From Euprymna scolopes (taxonomy: Eukaryota), in the NCBI GenBank assembly GCA_053919585.1, contig CM132815.1: 64,000 nucleotides of DNA; one strand, 5' to 3'. The notes under the pieces are model-generated. The model made no database searches and was not told the DNA's origin. It worked only from the letters and a program-made list of their open reading frames with translations. The position numbers and the translations under genes are program-made. This document shows, piece by piece, positions 22,901 to 39,100 of the stretch. How positions within the stretch are numbered: position 1 is the first letter of the stretch; the number at the start of each line of letters is the position of its first letter.

Positions 22901-25900
22901 TCGACTGAACCTTCATTTAAAACAGAAACTGCTAAATCGACTGAACCTTCATTTAAAACAGAAACTGCTAAATCGACTGAACCTTCATTTAAAACAGAAA
23001 CTGCTAAATCGACTGAACCTTCATTTAAAACAGAAACTGCTAAATCGACTGAACCTTCATTTAAAACAGAAACTGCTAAATCGACTGAACCTTCATTTAA
23101 AATAGAAACTGCTAAATCGACTGAACCTTCATTTAAAACAGAAACTGCTAAATCGACTGAACCTTCATTTAAAACAGAAACTGCTAAATCGACTGAACCT
23201 TCATTTAAAATAGAAACTGCTAAATCGACTGAACCTTCATTTAAAATAGAAACTGCTAAATCGACTGAACCTTCATTTAAAACAGAAACTGCTAAATCGA
23301 CTGAACCTTCATTTAAAACAGAAACTGCTAAATCGACTGAACCTTCATTTAAAATAGAAACTGCTAAATCGACTGAACCTTCATTTAAAACAGAAACTGC
23401 TAAATCGACTGAACCTTCATTTAAAATAGAAACTGCTAAATCGACTGAACCTTCATTTAAAACAGAAATTGCTAAATCGACTGAACCTTCAATAAAGTAT
23501 TTTGAAAAAAGAGATGTCAGCGATATTGTTGAAAAATCCCATACAAGTACAACTCGGCCATTTACAGACATTATAAGCGTTAAAGCTAATACTACCACTT
23601 TGCCTACTAGTAATCTGGTGCCAACTGCACAAGGAAGCATGACAACATCTAGACCAACAATATCTGTTTTTACTACTGGAACAAGTTCAAATGAGTCATT
23701 AATTGAAATAGTAACACCTTTACCAGAACTCATATCAGTTCATGAAATACCTACCAAGCATATTACAAATGAATCAGAAGTTGAAATTACACAAAAAAAA
23801 GTATCCAAACAATCTGATATACCGACAACATATTCATTATCGCCTGATAAATCACTTTCTATGGTAAAAACAGAGGAGTCCGAGTCGCGTCTATTTTCCG
23901 TCACAATGTCAAAAACTGATTTGTCGACCGAGTTTTTACCTGTGAATGGTACTAAATCTTATACAACATTAACTGAATCAACCAATATCAGTTTTGTAAC
24001 TACACCATCCACAGTCGATTCGGATGGTCCTCTCAGTACATTATATAGTAAAAATGAAAGTATAACCCCAAGATCTATAGAAACATTACCTTCTAGTGTT
24101 AAATTGGAAATTGCGCCTTCTAACTTAACAAAATCTATACTAAAAAGCGAAACACAATCAGCAGTACCAACATCGACATTACAAACATTAAGCACTGCAG
24201 AAGTTTTATTAAAACCATATACAACACAATTAGTTTCCGATGTGGAAAGTGACTCTACGATTATAAAATCTCTAATCTCAAGTACAGTAAGTAAATTATA
24301 TTCAGATTACAGTAAATTAACAAGTGATTCACCATTTTCATCTTCAAATCTGCTATCAAGTAAGAAAAATGGAAGTGTGCTTAAAACAGATATCTTTACT
24401 TTAGAAAAGACAAGCCAGACTCCAAATGTAAGTATCTTATCAAAAGTGACCAGATCAATTGGAAGCAGCCCCACTGAAGATCAAACGCATGGATTTGAAA
24501 CTGACTTTTTAATTTCGCTAACAAAAACTGGTAGTTTAAAACCTTCATTCTTGACATCAAAACCTGTATCAGTGACCAAACTGACACAAGAATCAAGCCA
24601 AAAAGAAATTCATACAAATCTCACACAGCAAACAGAATCCCCAATAATTCTGATCGATTTGACAGCAAAGCCTTATGAGCAAACTGATCATTTGATGATG
24701 ACAAGTAAAAAAGCAACAATTGGCACACAATTGGCACTTGAACCAACAATGCAAAGCTCAAAATTATTAAGTTTGACCTCATCAGAAAAACTTCTGAGAA
24801 AGGATTTAGACAGTTCAAAAGATCACAAAATAGAAATTGCCTCATCTACTACAACTGACACACCATCAGAATTTGAACAGAAAATGTTGACCACAGATAA
24901 ATCAGAAATCCCTAGTAGTAAGAGAACAAAACTCAGCTCAAAGATGGTACAAGATTTTATATCATCAGAAAAAACTTTTACAAAAGATCAAGATGGTTTC
25001 TCAACTGAAAAAACAGTTTCGAAACATGAAAAATTTCAAACACAAAGAATAACATTGGTTACAGACAAAGCACAAAAAGAAATTCTCGCATCTCTTACAA
25101 ATCAAACGGCAGATCTTATAACTTCAATAACAAAACCTTCTACACAACTTGATAGTTTAATGATTGCGAGTGAAAAATCAGTTTTGAAACCTAAAGTATT
25201 TGAAACGGAAACAAAACCAGTGCCGACTGACAGTTCAGATATAGTTAGCTCTGAACCAACGATCAAAAGCTCAAAATTATTACAAGGTATGACTTCACCT
25301 GAGAAAACTTCAACAAAGGATGTGGACAGTTTAATAGATTTCAAAATAGCAATGACTTCATCTACTGAAACTGCAACTGATGCACAACCAAGTTTTGAAT
25401 GCGATATAATGTGTGCTACACCAGCCGTGGAGGTAGATACTTCTACCACTGCTGAAGATCTATCCATTTCTACTCATATTTTATCTGCAGCTGATCTGGA
25501 TGGTTACCAAAGGCAATTGACGTCGATATCAACAATCACGCAACCAGAAAAGACATTATTTACCAAGACAGTTGATTCAACAACTTCTTTATTAAGTTCA
25601 ACTAAAACACCAACAATCGATAGAAGTGCTACATCAACAGTTAGAGTAGATACTTCTGTGGCCGCTCAGAAACTAACCAGCCAAACTCCTATTTTGAGTT
25701 GGATCGATAGGGAAAAACAGGTGACTGCAATACCACATGAAATGACGTCAGAATCAATAGAAACTGCAACAACCAGAAAAATGACACTGTTTACAAAGAA
25801 AGATGACCCAACGACATCTTTAATAAGTATACAAACGAACGAAGTTGATACAACATCAGATTCAGTCTCTATTCCACAAAAAGTCATGTTAGAAAGCGAA

Positions 25901-28900
25901 ATACAAAATACAACAACTATGATGACAACTAATATAACATCTTTTTTCACATCTAAACAAAAACGCATGCCTACAATGGATGCATTTCAGATGCACATAT
26001 CTGCAACGCCTGATAAAAACGACACTGGTGTTCCTCTGTTTCAAACAACAAAAACTGAGGAAGTTGATACATTTCCAGCTTTAGTCTCTACTCAACAAAC
26101 AGACATGTTAGAAAGCAAAGTACAAACTACAACAGCTATGATGAGCACTAATATAACTGATGCCGAACCAACCAGATCATCAACAACTGAAATGAAACCT
26201 TCACCAACAGAGGAGCTAGTTTTCACACAACTTCCCCTTAATAAAACAGTCTCACTACTGTCTTCACATCAAAGCATTTTAAGTAATGCTAGCATGCCAG
26301 TTGATAGAATACATACTAAAGGTCAAACACATCCATTCAAAACTGACTTTGCTGACTCAACAACAATTACAGATAGTTTTAAACCTTCAGTATCCACATC
26401 AACACCTCTAAGTAATATTAGCTTATCAGTTGATACCATTCTTCCTGAAGAACAAACATATTCAGTCAAAACTGATTTTGTAGACTCAACCATTTCAGGT
26501 AGTTTAAAACCAGTATCAACAACTCTAAGTAAGACTAGTTCGTCAACTGATAGTATTCTCATCCAAGAACAAACAAATAGATTCAAGACTGACGTCAAAA
26601 CAGATAGTTCTAAACCTTCGGTAGTCACTTCAACACCTCTACATAATTCTAGTTTGTCAGTTGATAGCATTTTCACTCAGGGACAAACACATACATTCAA
26701 AACTGACTTGATAAATTTCTCAACAAGAACAGATAGTTTTAAACCTTCAGTATCTACATCAACACCTTTAAGTAATGCTAGCTTATCAATTCATATTGAA
26801 TCGTCATCTCATAGTCCCAAACCATCAGTATCCACATCAAAAATTAGATTGACCAAAATGACAAGTCAATCAACAAATACAGACAGTTTTAAACCTTCAG
26901 TATCAACACCTTTAACTAACACTAGCTGGTCTGTTGATACTATTCCCATTCAAGAACAAGCACATTCATTCAAAACTGACCTTGTCGATTCTTCAACAAA
27001 TGCCGACAGTTTCAAACCTTTAATCAGCACATTAATACCTCTATCAAAAGATACAGTAACTAAAATGACAAGGGGATCAACACTAAAAACTGAACTAATA
27101 GACGCAACTACAAATGATTTTACAGATCAAATAGTAAAGAAAGAATTTCACAAAAAATTAACAAAAGAAATTCAGAGTTCAACGACTCTTGAAGGTTACT
27201 TTACATCTTTAAAGTTACAAAATATCACATACGGTTCAACAACACAATCTGCTGAACCTAGTAGTTTAATTTTAACTAAAAAAGACTTTTCAGAATATGA
27301 ACTCTCAAAAACAGAGAAGAAAACACTAACCTCAGGTGAAACAGATTCATTTAGCGCTGAACCAACAATTCCTCATTTAAAACTGTTACAACGTCCGATG
27401 TCATCTGAAAGAACTCCTACAATAGACCAAAATGGTTTAATGGACCAGAAGCTTTCGACAGTTGAGACGACAACAGCGTTCAATGTGAAGCAAAGCTCGC
27501 CATGTGACGTTATGTGCGCTCCACCAGCAGTGGAGGTTGATACTTCGACCACGGTTGGAGGACTCTCTATTCTTACGACTGCCTTAAGCACGGTTGATTT
27601 GGTTGATGTAGAAAAGCAACCAGTTAAAGTGATACATGAAAGCTCATCCAGATTAAAGTATGCATTAACGACTCCATCATCACCAGAAAAAACAACAACA
27701 GGGAAAATTGAATCAACAAAATCTTTGTTAAACCCAACTGTAATAACAGAAACGAAGGCAGGTAAAGTAACTGACATTGATCAAACAGAAACAATCCCGC
27801 TTGAAAGAGAAACTCTTCCAAAAGAAAATCAATATATGTTAAGTAAAGCTGATATATCTACATCTGCACTGACAAGAGATCATGAGTCAGAGAAAGATGC
27901 AACTGAAATCTCTAGTCAACAAATGTTACCTACTGAAACAGACGATAGGGCAAGGCAACTGGAGCGTAAAATAGCTGCAATAGATGCATTTAATGAGAAT
28001 CGAACCAAAGTTCCTGCATTTGAAACAGTAAAAGATGTGTCAACAATTCAACACGACAGAAATGCGTCATTACAGCTTTCCTTTCAACCAACACAATCGG
28101 TTGATACGACCTCATCTGCATCACAAATAGAAAACAAAATATCAGATACAACACTGGCCACTAACATAACTTCTTTATCTACATCTGGTGAAACACTGAC
28201 TCACATTACTGACACACAACTGAGCAGCGAAATAAAAACTTCACCAACAGGCAGGCAATTTGTCACACGAAAATCATTTCCCAATAAAACATTCCAACTA
28301 ACTACTGGGATAAGCATTTCACCTACCGCCCCAATGTCGCCTGAGACGATTCTTATTAAGGAAGATAGGCACGTGACCAAAACAGATTTTGTAGATTCGT
28401 CAACAAGAAATGATGGCATTCACACAAGTCAAACCATAATTTCAGCTTTAAAAGATGATGCGTTAGAAAAACAAACGGAAATTCCAACTTCTACGCAGAC
28501 AAGTAAATCTTTAGTTACACCTGAACAACTAAACATTGAAACTGAACCGACCATGCCAATCATGGCTCAAACCTCCTCAACTGATTCATCAACACAAATA
28601 TCAATTATTAATGAAACATTCGCATTAAACATCACAAAGTCATTTGATTCGATTCTCACTCAAGAGCAAACGCATTCATCTCAACCTGACTTTGTAGTTT
28701 CATCGGTAAAGGAAGACAAGCTAAAAGCTTCAAAACTTATGTCAACAGATATGTTTACCAAAATGACGACTGAATCAACTCTGGAAACTAAACTACCAGA
28801 CTCCAAACATCTGTCAACTGATATAATAACCAACATGACAGAATTGACTTCTATTTCCACATCAAAGTCTCTGCAAGCCAACGGAGTAAGAACCCTAAGA

Positions 28901-30104
28901 AAATTAACCTCGGAAGCTCAAACACCAGATTCAACTATAATAATGCGTGATTTCACTGATCAAACAGTGAAGGAAACCCAAATAGATGAGAAACGAATTC
29001 CACCTTCAACAAGTGAAATTGATATCAAATCTACAATGATTCAGAAGTCTCCTTCAACTGATCCTGTGCACATGACAGAAATACAGTCACAAGCAAGAAA
29101 ACAGAATTTATCGGACAAAAGTATGTATCAAGTTGAAAAGAAATTAACAACTGTACCTGAATCACGTGAACCTCGGTTATCTCATTTGTACACTGACCGA
29201 ATAGTTTCAGAAAGCAAAGCAATGAATGAGACATTAAAATGGGATCCAATGGTTTTTGCATTTTCTTCAACTGAAATGATTCGTTCATCGAGTCGAGGTG
29301 GAATGAGCTCTACACCATTCGAAACAACAATGGTTAAAATGACTACAACGACACCGGCTGGAGGAAAATTAACGGGAATTTTAGAAAAGAAAATGAAAGC
29401 ATCGACACTTAGCACAGATATTACGGATTCTTTAATAAGTGGTTCGACTTTTCTAGCAAGAGACAAAAGAGTAATTAATCAAACCAAAGCACATATTTCT
29501 CAGATTAGTTTACCAGGCACAACCGATCAAACATTGTTGATGCTGCCTGAAACAAGCACAACTTTACCAGTGGGAGAATCGTCATCGTCGTCATCATCAT
29601 CATCAACATCATCTACATTATCATCATTGACAACAAAAACTGGAGTGGAGCCTGGTATGCTTTCACTCACAGATCCATATACTGATCCATCATCAGTAAA
29701 ATTTGTGCCAGAAACCAAAAAGCTACAGACGACAACAACAACAACAACAGACACGAGATCATCATCATCGTCATCAACAATTGATATAAATCTTTTCAGC
29801 GATAAAGATGAAACAAAAACTCAAAGTCAAGAATCTCATATTTTGGAAGAATCAGTATCAAAAGAAGGAATCACTTTAATTCCACGAGTGACAAAAGTTG
29901 AATCAGAATTGAGAAAAGAACTAAAAGACATGAAACAAGAAATGTTGGAAGCGGAAAAAGATTTTATACAAACTGAGTCTGACAAACATATCGCAACGAC
30001 GAAACGTAGCAAAATCTTTTTTGATCCGAGGAAAACTGATTTTATATCTACTCTTAAAACTGATGATTACTTTGCAGATCTAACACAGGCAACACCTGAA
30101 ACTG

Positions 30105-30144
<40 letters not shown>

Positions 30145-33100
30145 GGCATTAAGTCCTGATTGTGATGTATTATGTGCAACACCTGCAGTGGAAACTGACA
30201 CAACGGAAACTGTACCAATTATTTCACAACTGATTACCACATCTACTACAGACAAAGATTTCGAAAAATACTTACAAAAAAGCGATCAGGGGAACATAAC
30301 TCTTTCAACTTCTAAAAGTTTTAGTACTGACAGTAAATTGGCCAGATTTCTCAGCACGGATGCTGATTTGAAATTAATTAAGATGTTTAAAATATATGAA
30401 GAATTTATGACTTTACCTAGAACAAGTAAATCCTTTCTTACGAGATCGAAAATGAAACTGCCTGCCACAGAGAAAATGCCTTTTATCACAACACGCCAAG
30501 ATGTATTACCGTCCATGGAAAAACAACGTTCTAGTATATCCATTTCAGCTGATGAGTTAGTTACTGCAAAAGAATATTTAACAATCCCAGAAGATACAAA
30601 ACCTTTTGCAACCCCAAAAATGTTATTTTTCAAGTCCAGATTATTACCCGCAGGTAAATTAACTCGAAAAGACAAACTTCTTACTTCTTCATCTTTGAAT
30701 GATAAAAAAGAATTGTATGTTACAAGTGACTATCAAGTGCCAACAAGTCAATACAAATTAATTTCTGCAGAGGAAAAATCAGAATCGACTGAAACACAGG
30801 AATTTGAGTTGAAAGATAAAGTCATTTCGACTTTGAGATCATCTTTAAAGAGTCTTGAAGATAGAAAGGTTTCGCCAATAAACGTTACTGGAAAAATGAC
30901 CGAGAGTACATTTACTAAAATGGATGAGGTCAGAAAAGTTGAGCCGATGTTTAAAGACACAAGATTTACTGAGTTGAACTTTTCTTTACCAACATATGAC
31001 AGTGGTTTTAGCCAAACTGTTCCTTATGAAACACCAAAAACAAAGGAAATTTTAACAAGAGAAACATCAAAAGACGAGAGGGAAATTGATGCACGAGAAA
31101 AGAATGAAGGCGAAATTTTATGGTCGGATCAAACAGTGGAAAACAAACAAAAAGAAGATCAATTTTACCGAATGAAAAAAGTGTATGAATTATTTGGAAA
31201 AGATGATAAAATAATTCATCTAAAAAACGAACTGGATAATGAAATGACGACAAAAAAAGTTGATGTGCACGAAAGATCAACTTTGTATACTCATGAAGAA
31301 GACATGAAAACAACCAAATTTGAGAAAGAGAAAGAGAATGTCACTAAAATTCCAGTTGTTCAAACATTTAAAGATGACTCAACACGTGAGAAAGACAAAA
31401 ACGAGTCTTTGGTGTCTACTTTGCAGACAATGAAAACCAATGGAATTCAGTTGAAGAAAAAAACAGAAAATCCAACTTCTATGCACACGGCTAAATTGTC
31501 ATCTTTAGTTGAATCTGAACAACCAAACATTGAGACTGAACTGATCACAAAAATCAGGGATCAAACTTCCCAAACTGGCTTATTGACACAAACATCATTA
31601 CTTAATGAAACATTCCCATTGACTTCAGCTAAAATAACAAAGTCAACTATTATTGAAGACAGAACACATTCATTTCAAACTAACTCTGTAGTTTCATCAG
31701 CAAAAGAAGACAGACTGAAATCTTCAATATCTACGCCAAAACATGTATCAACAGATAGAATAACCCAAATGATGACAGAAGCAATTATAAAAACTCAAAA
31801 ACCAGAGTCAAAACTTATGTTAACAAGTACAATGACCAACACGACAATAGTTTCAAGTCCGGAAACTTTAATGCCAGAATCAAAGCATCTATCAACAGAT
31901 ATGATGATAGACTCAACTCTGAAAACAGAAATACCAGAAACAATGATATATGATTCTAAACAAATGCCATCTTCTAAAACGGCTGAAACATTGAAAACTG
32001 TACAGACAAAGGTATTGCCTACTTTATTCAAGACGCAGACACCTGACATAAGTTCATCCAATAACAAAGTTTATGATACGTTATATGAATTACCAGTTCC
32101 AGAAGAGCAAATAAGAACCATAACTCAGTCAATTATGCCTGAATTTTCATTTAAAACAACATACACAGAAAAAAGTAATGTTGCAATGCAACAAAAAGAC
32201 AAAATAACTTTCCCTAAAATATTAACAGAAAAAATCGTAGATACAACTCAGATTGGAGATATTGAAGAAACCCAAACATATATTACACAAAGACATGAGC
32301 TAACATCAACAATAAAACCTTATAATTTTACTGATAATTTAATAATATCAAAAGAGAAAGAATCTTTAGAACGTGAAATATCAGAACGAGATAGTGAACC
32401 ATTAATTAGAGACAAAGATGATCTTAGCTCTGCTGTAACAATGCCGAGCACAACGCTATTACAAGATTTAACACCATCAAAGAAAATTGCTACAATGGCT
32501 AAAGAGTATCCAACAGATCAAAAGATAGAAACGCCATTGACTTCCAAATCAACTGATGCACAACCAGATTTTGAATGTGATTTTCTATGCGCTACACCAG
32601 CAGTAGAGTTAGATACTTCTGCTGTGACTAGAGGAGCGTCCATCCCAAGTATCACATCAGATAAAGGTGATTTATCTGATTTAGAAAAATTGGAAACTAC
32701 AATGACACATGGTAAGACATCTAAATTAATAGATACATTAACAACACTGATGGGTGGGAAAATGATTTCTTCATTTAAAAATGTCAGCTCAAAAATATCT
32801 CAGCTAGAGGTTGTGGTGAAGCAAACGGCAACAGCAACTGATGCTTTTGAACCGCATTTGTCTGAGACTCATGGAGAGAATTTCACTGAACTTTCAGTAA
32901 TTAAAGCAGTAAAAGATGACTCAACAATACAACTAGATACAAACAAATCTTGGTCGTCTACAACTCCAACGACAAAAATCAAAGATGGTTTTACTGATTT
33001 AGATAAGAAAACAGCGACAGTAAAGGTAGATGCTCCTACTGTGGTTGAAGGAATGCCCATCCGAAGTATCACGTCAGATAAAGTTGATTTGTCTGATTTA

Positions 33101-36100
33101 AAAAAGGAACCAAATACAATAATACATGAAAAAACATCTAAATTAATAGATACATTAACAACAGAAAAAATGATTCCTAAAATGAATGTGAGCTCAACAT
33201 CATCTCAGACAGAGTTTACAACAAAACAAACAAAGCAGAAACTATCTGTAATCGATGATTTTAAAACAGATTCATTTTTAATCCAAGAGAGTTTTACAAA
33301 AGATCAAGCAACTCAATCATTAAAAGATGATTCCATATATCAACAAGTAAAAAACGAATCTGTCTACATCCCAAACATGCTGTCTACATCCCAAACAACA
33401 GAGTCCAGTGACATTGATGCGATTCCACTTTTAATTTCCACGTTACAAACAGATATGGGAAGAAGGAAAACAGAAAATATTACTACTATACAAACAAACA
33501 ACATCTCATCTTTAGTCACCCCTGGCAAAACAGACATTAATAGAACCCAGATTGAACTGACAACATCACCCACTACTCAAATAAAAACTTCTCTGATTGG
33601 TAAAAAAGTTTTCACAGAAAAATCATTTCTTTTTGACACATTTCCATTGATTTCACAAAAGATGATGTCATCTCACATAACAAAGTCATTTGATTCAAAT
33701 TTCACTGAAGAACGAACACATGTTTCGAAAAGTGACTTTGCTGTTTTATCATTACAAACAGACAGTTCGAAATATTTAATATCGACATCGACACCTCTGT
33801 CAATAACCAACATGACAACAGAATCAAGTCTGAAAACCCAAATGCCAGACTTAAAACTTCTGTCAACAGATACAATGACCGAAGTAAAAACAGAATCAAG
33901 TCTGAAAACTCGAATGCCAGACTCAAAACTTCTTTCAACAGATACAATCACGAACGTGACAGCAGAATCGAGTCTGAGAACTCGAATGCCAGACTCAAAA
34001 CTTCTTTCAACAGATACAATCACGAACGTGACAGCAGAATCAAGTCTGAGAACTCGAATGTCAGACTCAAAACTTCTTTCAACAGATACAATCACGAACG
34101 TGACAGCAGAATCAAGTCTGAGAACTCGAATGCCAGACTCAAAACTTCTTTCAACAGATACAATCACGAACATGACAGCAGAATCAAGTCTGAGAACTCG
34201 AATGCCAGAATTAAAACTTCTGCCAACAGATACAATCACGAACGTGACAGCAGAATCAAGTCTGAGAACTCGAATGCCAGACTCAAAACTTCTTTCAACA
34301 GATACAATCACGAACGTGACAGCAGAATCAAGTCTGAGAACTCGAATGCCAGACTCAAAACTTCTTTCAACAGATACAATCACGAACGTGACAGCAGAAT
34401 CAAGTCTGAGAACTCGAATGCCAGACTCAAAACTTCTTTCAACAGATACAATCACGAACATGACAGCAGAATCAAGTCTGAGAACTCGAATGCCAGAATT
34501 AAAACTTCTTTCAACAGATACAATGACCGAAGTGAAAACAGAATCAAGTCTGAAAACTCAAATGCTAGGATTAAAACTTCTGCCAACAGATACAATGACC
34601 AAAGTAAAACAAGAATCAATTCTGAAAACTCAAATGTCAGAAGTAAAACTTCTATCAACAGATACAATGACCGAAGTAAAAACAGAATCAAGTCTTAAAA
34701 CTCGAATGCCAGAAGTAAAATTTCTGTCAACAGATACAATCACCAATATGACAGTAGAATCAATGCTGAAAACTCGAATGCCAGACTCAAAACTTCTCTC
34801 AACAGATACAATCACGAACGTGACAGCAGAATCAAGTTTGAGAACTCGAATGCCAGAATTAAAACTTCAGCCAACAGATACAATGACCAAAGCGAAAACA
34901 GAATCAAGTCTGAAAACTCGAATGCCAGAATTAAAATTTCTGTCATCAGATACAATGACCAAAGTGAAAACAAAGTCAAGTCTAAAAACCCAAATGCCAG
35001 AAGTAAAACTTCTGTTAACAAATGCAATCACCAATATGATGACAGAATCAAGTGAAAAAACCGAACAACCAACATCAGCTAAAATGACATTCAATATCTC
35101 TGATATGAAAGTCAAGAAATATATTACCACAAAACAGTTGCCAGATTTAAAAACGACTGAATCAATTCCTAAATATCCACACAAAAAAGATTTCAATGAA
35201 AGTGTTATGACACGATTACTGTCAACCGAATTTCAATCACAAACACCAGAAATCAAATTATCTGATGAAGCCGTGTATCCTGCATCATTGATTGTAGGTA
35301 AGCAAATTACAATGACAACACAATTAGTTATACCTGAATCTTCATCTCAAAAAAAGTACACAACAAAAAGTAGTGTTTTCATGCAAAGAAAAGACAAAAC
35401 AACTTTGCCAAAAGAAAGAATATTTGACACAACTCAGATTGGAGACACTCAAACGTATGTTATGCAAACTCATGAGATGACATCAGGAGTAAAACCTTAT
35501 AGTCTTACTGATAGTTTTATAATATCAAAAGAGAAAGAATTTACAGACGGTGAAATATTAGAAAGAAAAGATATGCATGACTCTGCAACAACGATGTTGA
35601 GCACAACATTTTCCCAAGATTCCACATCATCAAGGAAAGCTGCTACAATGACTGACGAAACTTCAATGGATCAAAAGACAGAAATGCCGTTGATTTCCAA
35701 ATCAACCGATGCACGGCCAGATTTTGAATGTGATTTTCTATGTGCTACTCCAGCAGTAGAGTTAGATACTTCGACTGTTGCTCAAGGAGTGTCCATCTCA
35801 AGTATCACCGCAGATAAAATTGGTTTAACTGAGTTGGATCAGGATCAAACAACAACACAACATAAAAAGACATCTAAATTAATGGATATGTTAACAGAGA
35901 TATCAACAACAAAGACGTCAGCTATTGCTACAATGATAAACAGTTCAACATCACCGACAACAAAGTCTTTTACGGATCAAATTGAGCAGAAAACGCAAGG
36001 CAAAACAATATTTGAAACGCACTTGTTTGAAACCCAGAAAACGAATTTCACCAAACTTGTAGCAATTGAAACATTAGATGATGATTCAACGCATCTTATA

Positions 36101-39100
36101 GATAGAAATGTATCTGTAGAGACTAGCTCTGTAGCATCGGAATTCGATGATGTTGATGAAATCCCAACTCTAGTTTCAGAGCAGCATACAGGTAGGGAAA
36201 CGAAATCTCCGATGAAAACCACAAATATTTCCGCTTTATTATCACCAGAAAAAACACGCATTCACAAAACTGAGGCTTTACACACAATGCCCATTGCTCT
36301 GCAAACAGAAGGTTTTTCAACTGGCAAACAAGTTATAAAAGAATCATTCCATGATGAAACATTCCGATCGACTTCAACAGCAGCAGATATATTTACTGCA
36401 GATACTGAACCATCCACGATGAGCACTATTTTAAGAAAAGTTGATTTGGAGAGGAAAGAAATGATGACGATGCATGAAACGTCAGAATTATCTGATACAC
36501 TAACAACAACAAGAAAGACTGTAGAAAGAAAAACGAAAGAAAACAGAACATCTACAGAACAAGACACTTCAACAATTCCTCAAACAGATTTTGTAACAAT
36601 TGCAACAGAACAGAAAATTATTGCAGTGGATGATTCTGAGAAAGGTTTTTTAGTTACAAAAGAAGCGAAATTTACCAAGCCATCAGCAACTCAAATACTC
36701 AAAGATGTTGCAGCAATAACACAGGATGCAGACAAATCATTGCAGTCCACTTCCCAACCAACAAATACTGATGGTGTTGGTACAATTCCGACCGTGATTT
36801 CAACTCAACAAACAAATAGGTTAGAAAGTGAAACACAAAGTAAAACACCTGCGACTCACATATCGTCTTTAGTCACATCCCAAAAAACACACCTTATTAA
36901 AAGTGAATATGAATTGACTGCACCACTCTCCACTCAAATACGAACTTCTCCAATTGCCGAGCAAACTTTAAAAGAAAAATCATTTCTTAATGAAACATTG
37001 CCATTGATTTCCGCTAATGTCACAAAATTATTTGATGTGAGTCTACCTCAGGGACAAACAACCAAAATGGACATTGTAGGTTCATCAGCAAAAATGGATA
37101 AACTAAAATCCTCAATATCTGCATCGGAACACCTAGCAACAAGTACAATGAGCCAAAGGTTGACAATTTCAACTATGGAAACGCCAATACTAGAATCAGA
37201 ACTTTTCTCAACAGATACAATGACCAATATTATAACAGAAACTGAAATACCGCAACGAGTATCAACTTCCAAACCTTTATCAACAGGTACAATAACGAAT
37301 GCAACAACAGTATCAACCCTAGGAATGTTAACAGCAGAACCAACGGTAATGACGTATGATTTAACAACTAAAAAAACAGAGAAAGATGTTATGAGAAATA
37401 TTACCAAACAGATGATGTCTACGAAACCAGCAGTATATCCATCAAAAAAGGAATCTGATGAAACTGATATGGCAAGTGTACAGACACTTGAATTCCAAAC
37501 ACTTTCACCTGACATCAGAATAGAGGATAAAACAGTTTCTCATACATCAGGTAAATTATCAATCATACAAGAACTGACAACCACAAAAGGTGAACCAAGT
37601 ATACCTGAATCTTTGCCTCCAAAACTTCTGCAGACAGATACAACAACTAACATATCAAGAGAATTAAGTACGGTAACTCGAATGCTTGAATCAAAACATC
37701 TATCGACTGATATGATGACCAATATGACGACAGAATCAATTTTGAAAACTCAGAAAACAGAACCAAAATTTCTCTCAACAGGTACAATGACCAACATGAC
37801 AACAATGACAACTCTAGAAACTCTAATGCCAGAATCCAAACTTCTGTCAACAGATACAACGACTAACGTGATGACAGAATCCACTTTGGAAATTAAGAAA
37901 CCAGAAGCAAAAGTTCTGTCAATAGGCACAACGACGAACATGACAACAGTTTCAAGTCTGGAAACTCTAATGCCAGAATCCAAACGTGTATCAACAGATA
38001 TGATGACGAATATAATGACAGACTCAACTCTGAAGACAGAAATACCAAAAACAATAATATATAATGCTACTAAACAAATGCCATTTTCAAAAACGGCTGA
38101 AACTGCAAAGATATTGTCTACTTTATTCAAAACACAAGCACCTTACATTAGATTATCTGATAAAAAAGTTTATCATACGTCATATGAATTACCAGTTCCA
38201 GAAGAGCAAATAAGAACCACAACTCAGATTAGAGATATTCAAGAAACCCAAACATATATTACACAAAGACATGAGCTAACATCAACAATAAAACCTTATA
38301 ATTTTACTGATAGTTTAATAATATCAAAAGAAAAAGAATCTTTAGAACGTGAAATATCAGAACGAGATGGCAAACCATTAGTTAGAGACAAAGATGATTT
38401 TAGCTCTGCTATAACAATGCCGAGCACAACGCTGTTACAAGATTTAATGCCATCAAAGAAAATTGCTACAATGGCTAAAGAGTATCCAACAGATCAAAAG
38501 ATAGAAACGCCATCGACTTCCAAATCAACTGATGCACAACCAGATTTTGAATGTGATTTTCTATGCGCTACACCAGCAGTAGAGTTAGATACTTCTGCTG
38601 TGACTAGAGGAGCGTCCATCCCAAGTATCACATCAGATAAAGGTGATTTATCTGATTTAGAAAAATTGGAAACTACAATGACACATGGTAAGACATCTAA
38701 ATTAATAGATACATTAACAACAGAAAAGATTATTTCTATAAGTAATATAAGCTCGGCATCATCTCAGACAGAATTTACAACAAAACAAAGAAAGAAGAAA
38801 ATATCTGTAATCGATGATTTTGAAACGGATTCATTTTTGATGCAAGAGAAGTTTACAAAAGATCCAGCAACTCGAGCATTAAAAAGTGACTCCACATTTC
38901 AACAAGTAAAAAACGAATCTTTCCTTTCTAAGTCTCAACCAACAAAAATCAGTGATGTTGATGCACATTCGATCTTTATTTCAACTTTACAAACTGATGT
39001 GTTAGGAACAACAGCACAAAATACAACTTCTATGCAATCAACTCTGAAAGTTCCAATACCAGAATCAAAACTTTTGTCAACAGATAAAATGACCAAGATA

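Noticed and set aside
22352-23490. 36-bp repeats of CRISPR-like length
   Set aside because: They are contiguous tandem units without unique spacers, in frame within a eukaryotic exon, and there are no cas genes.
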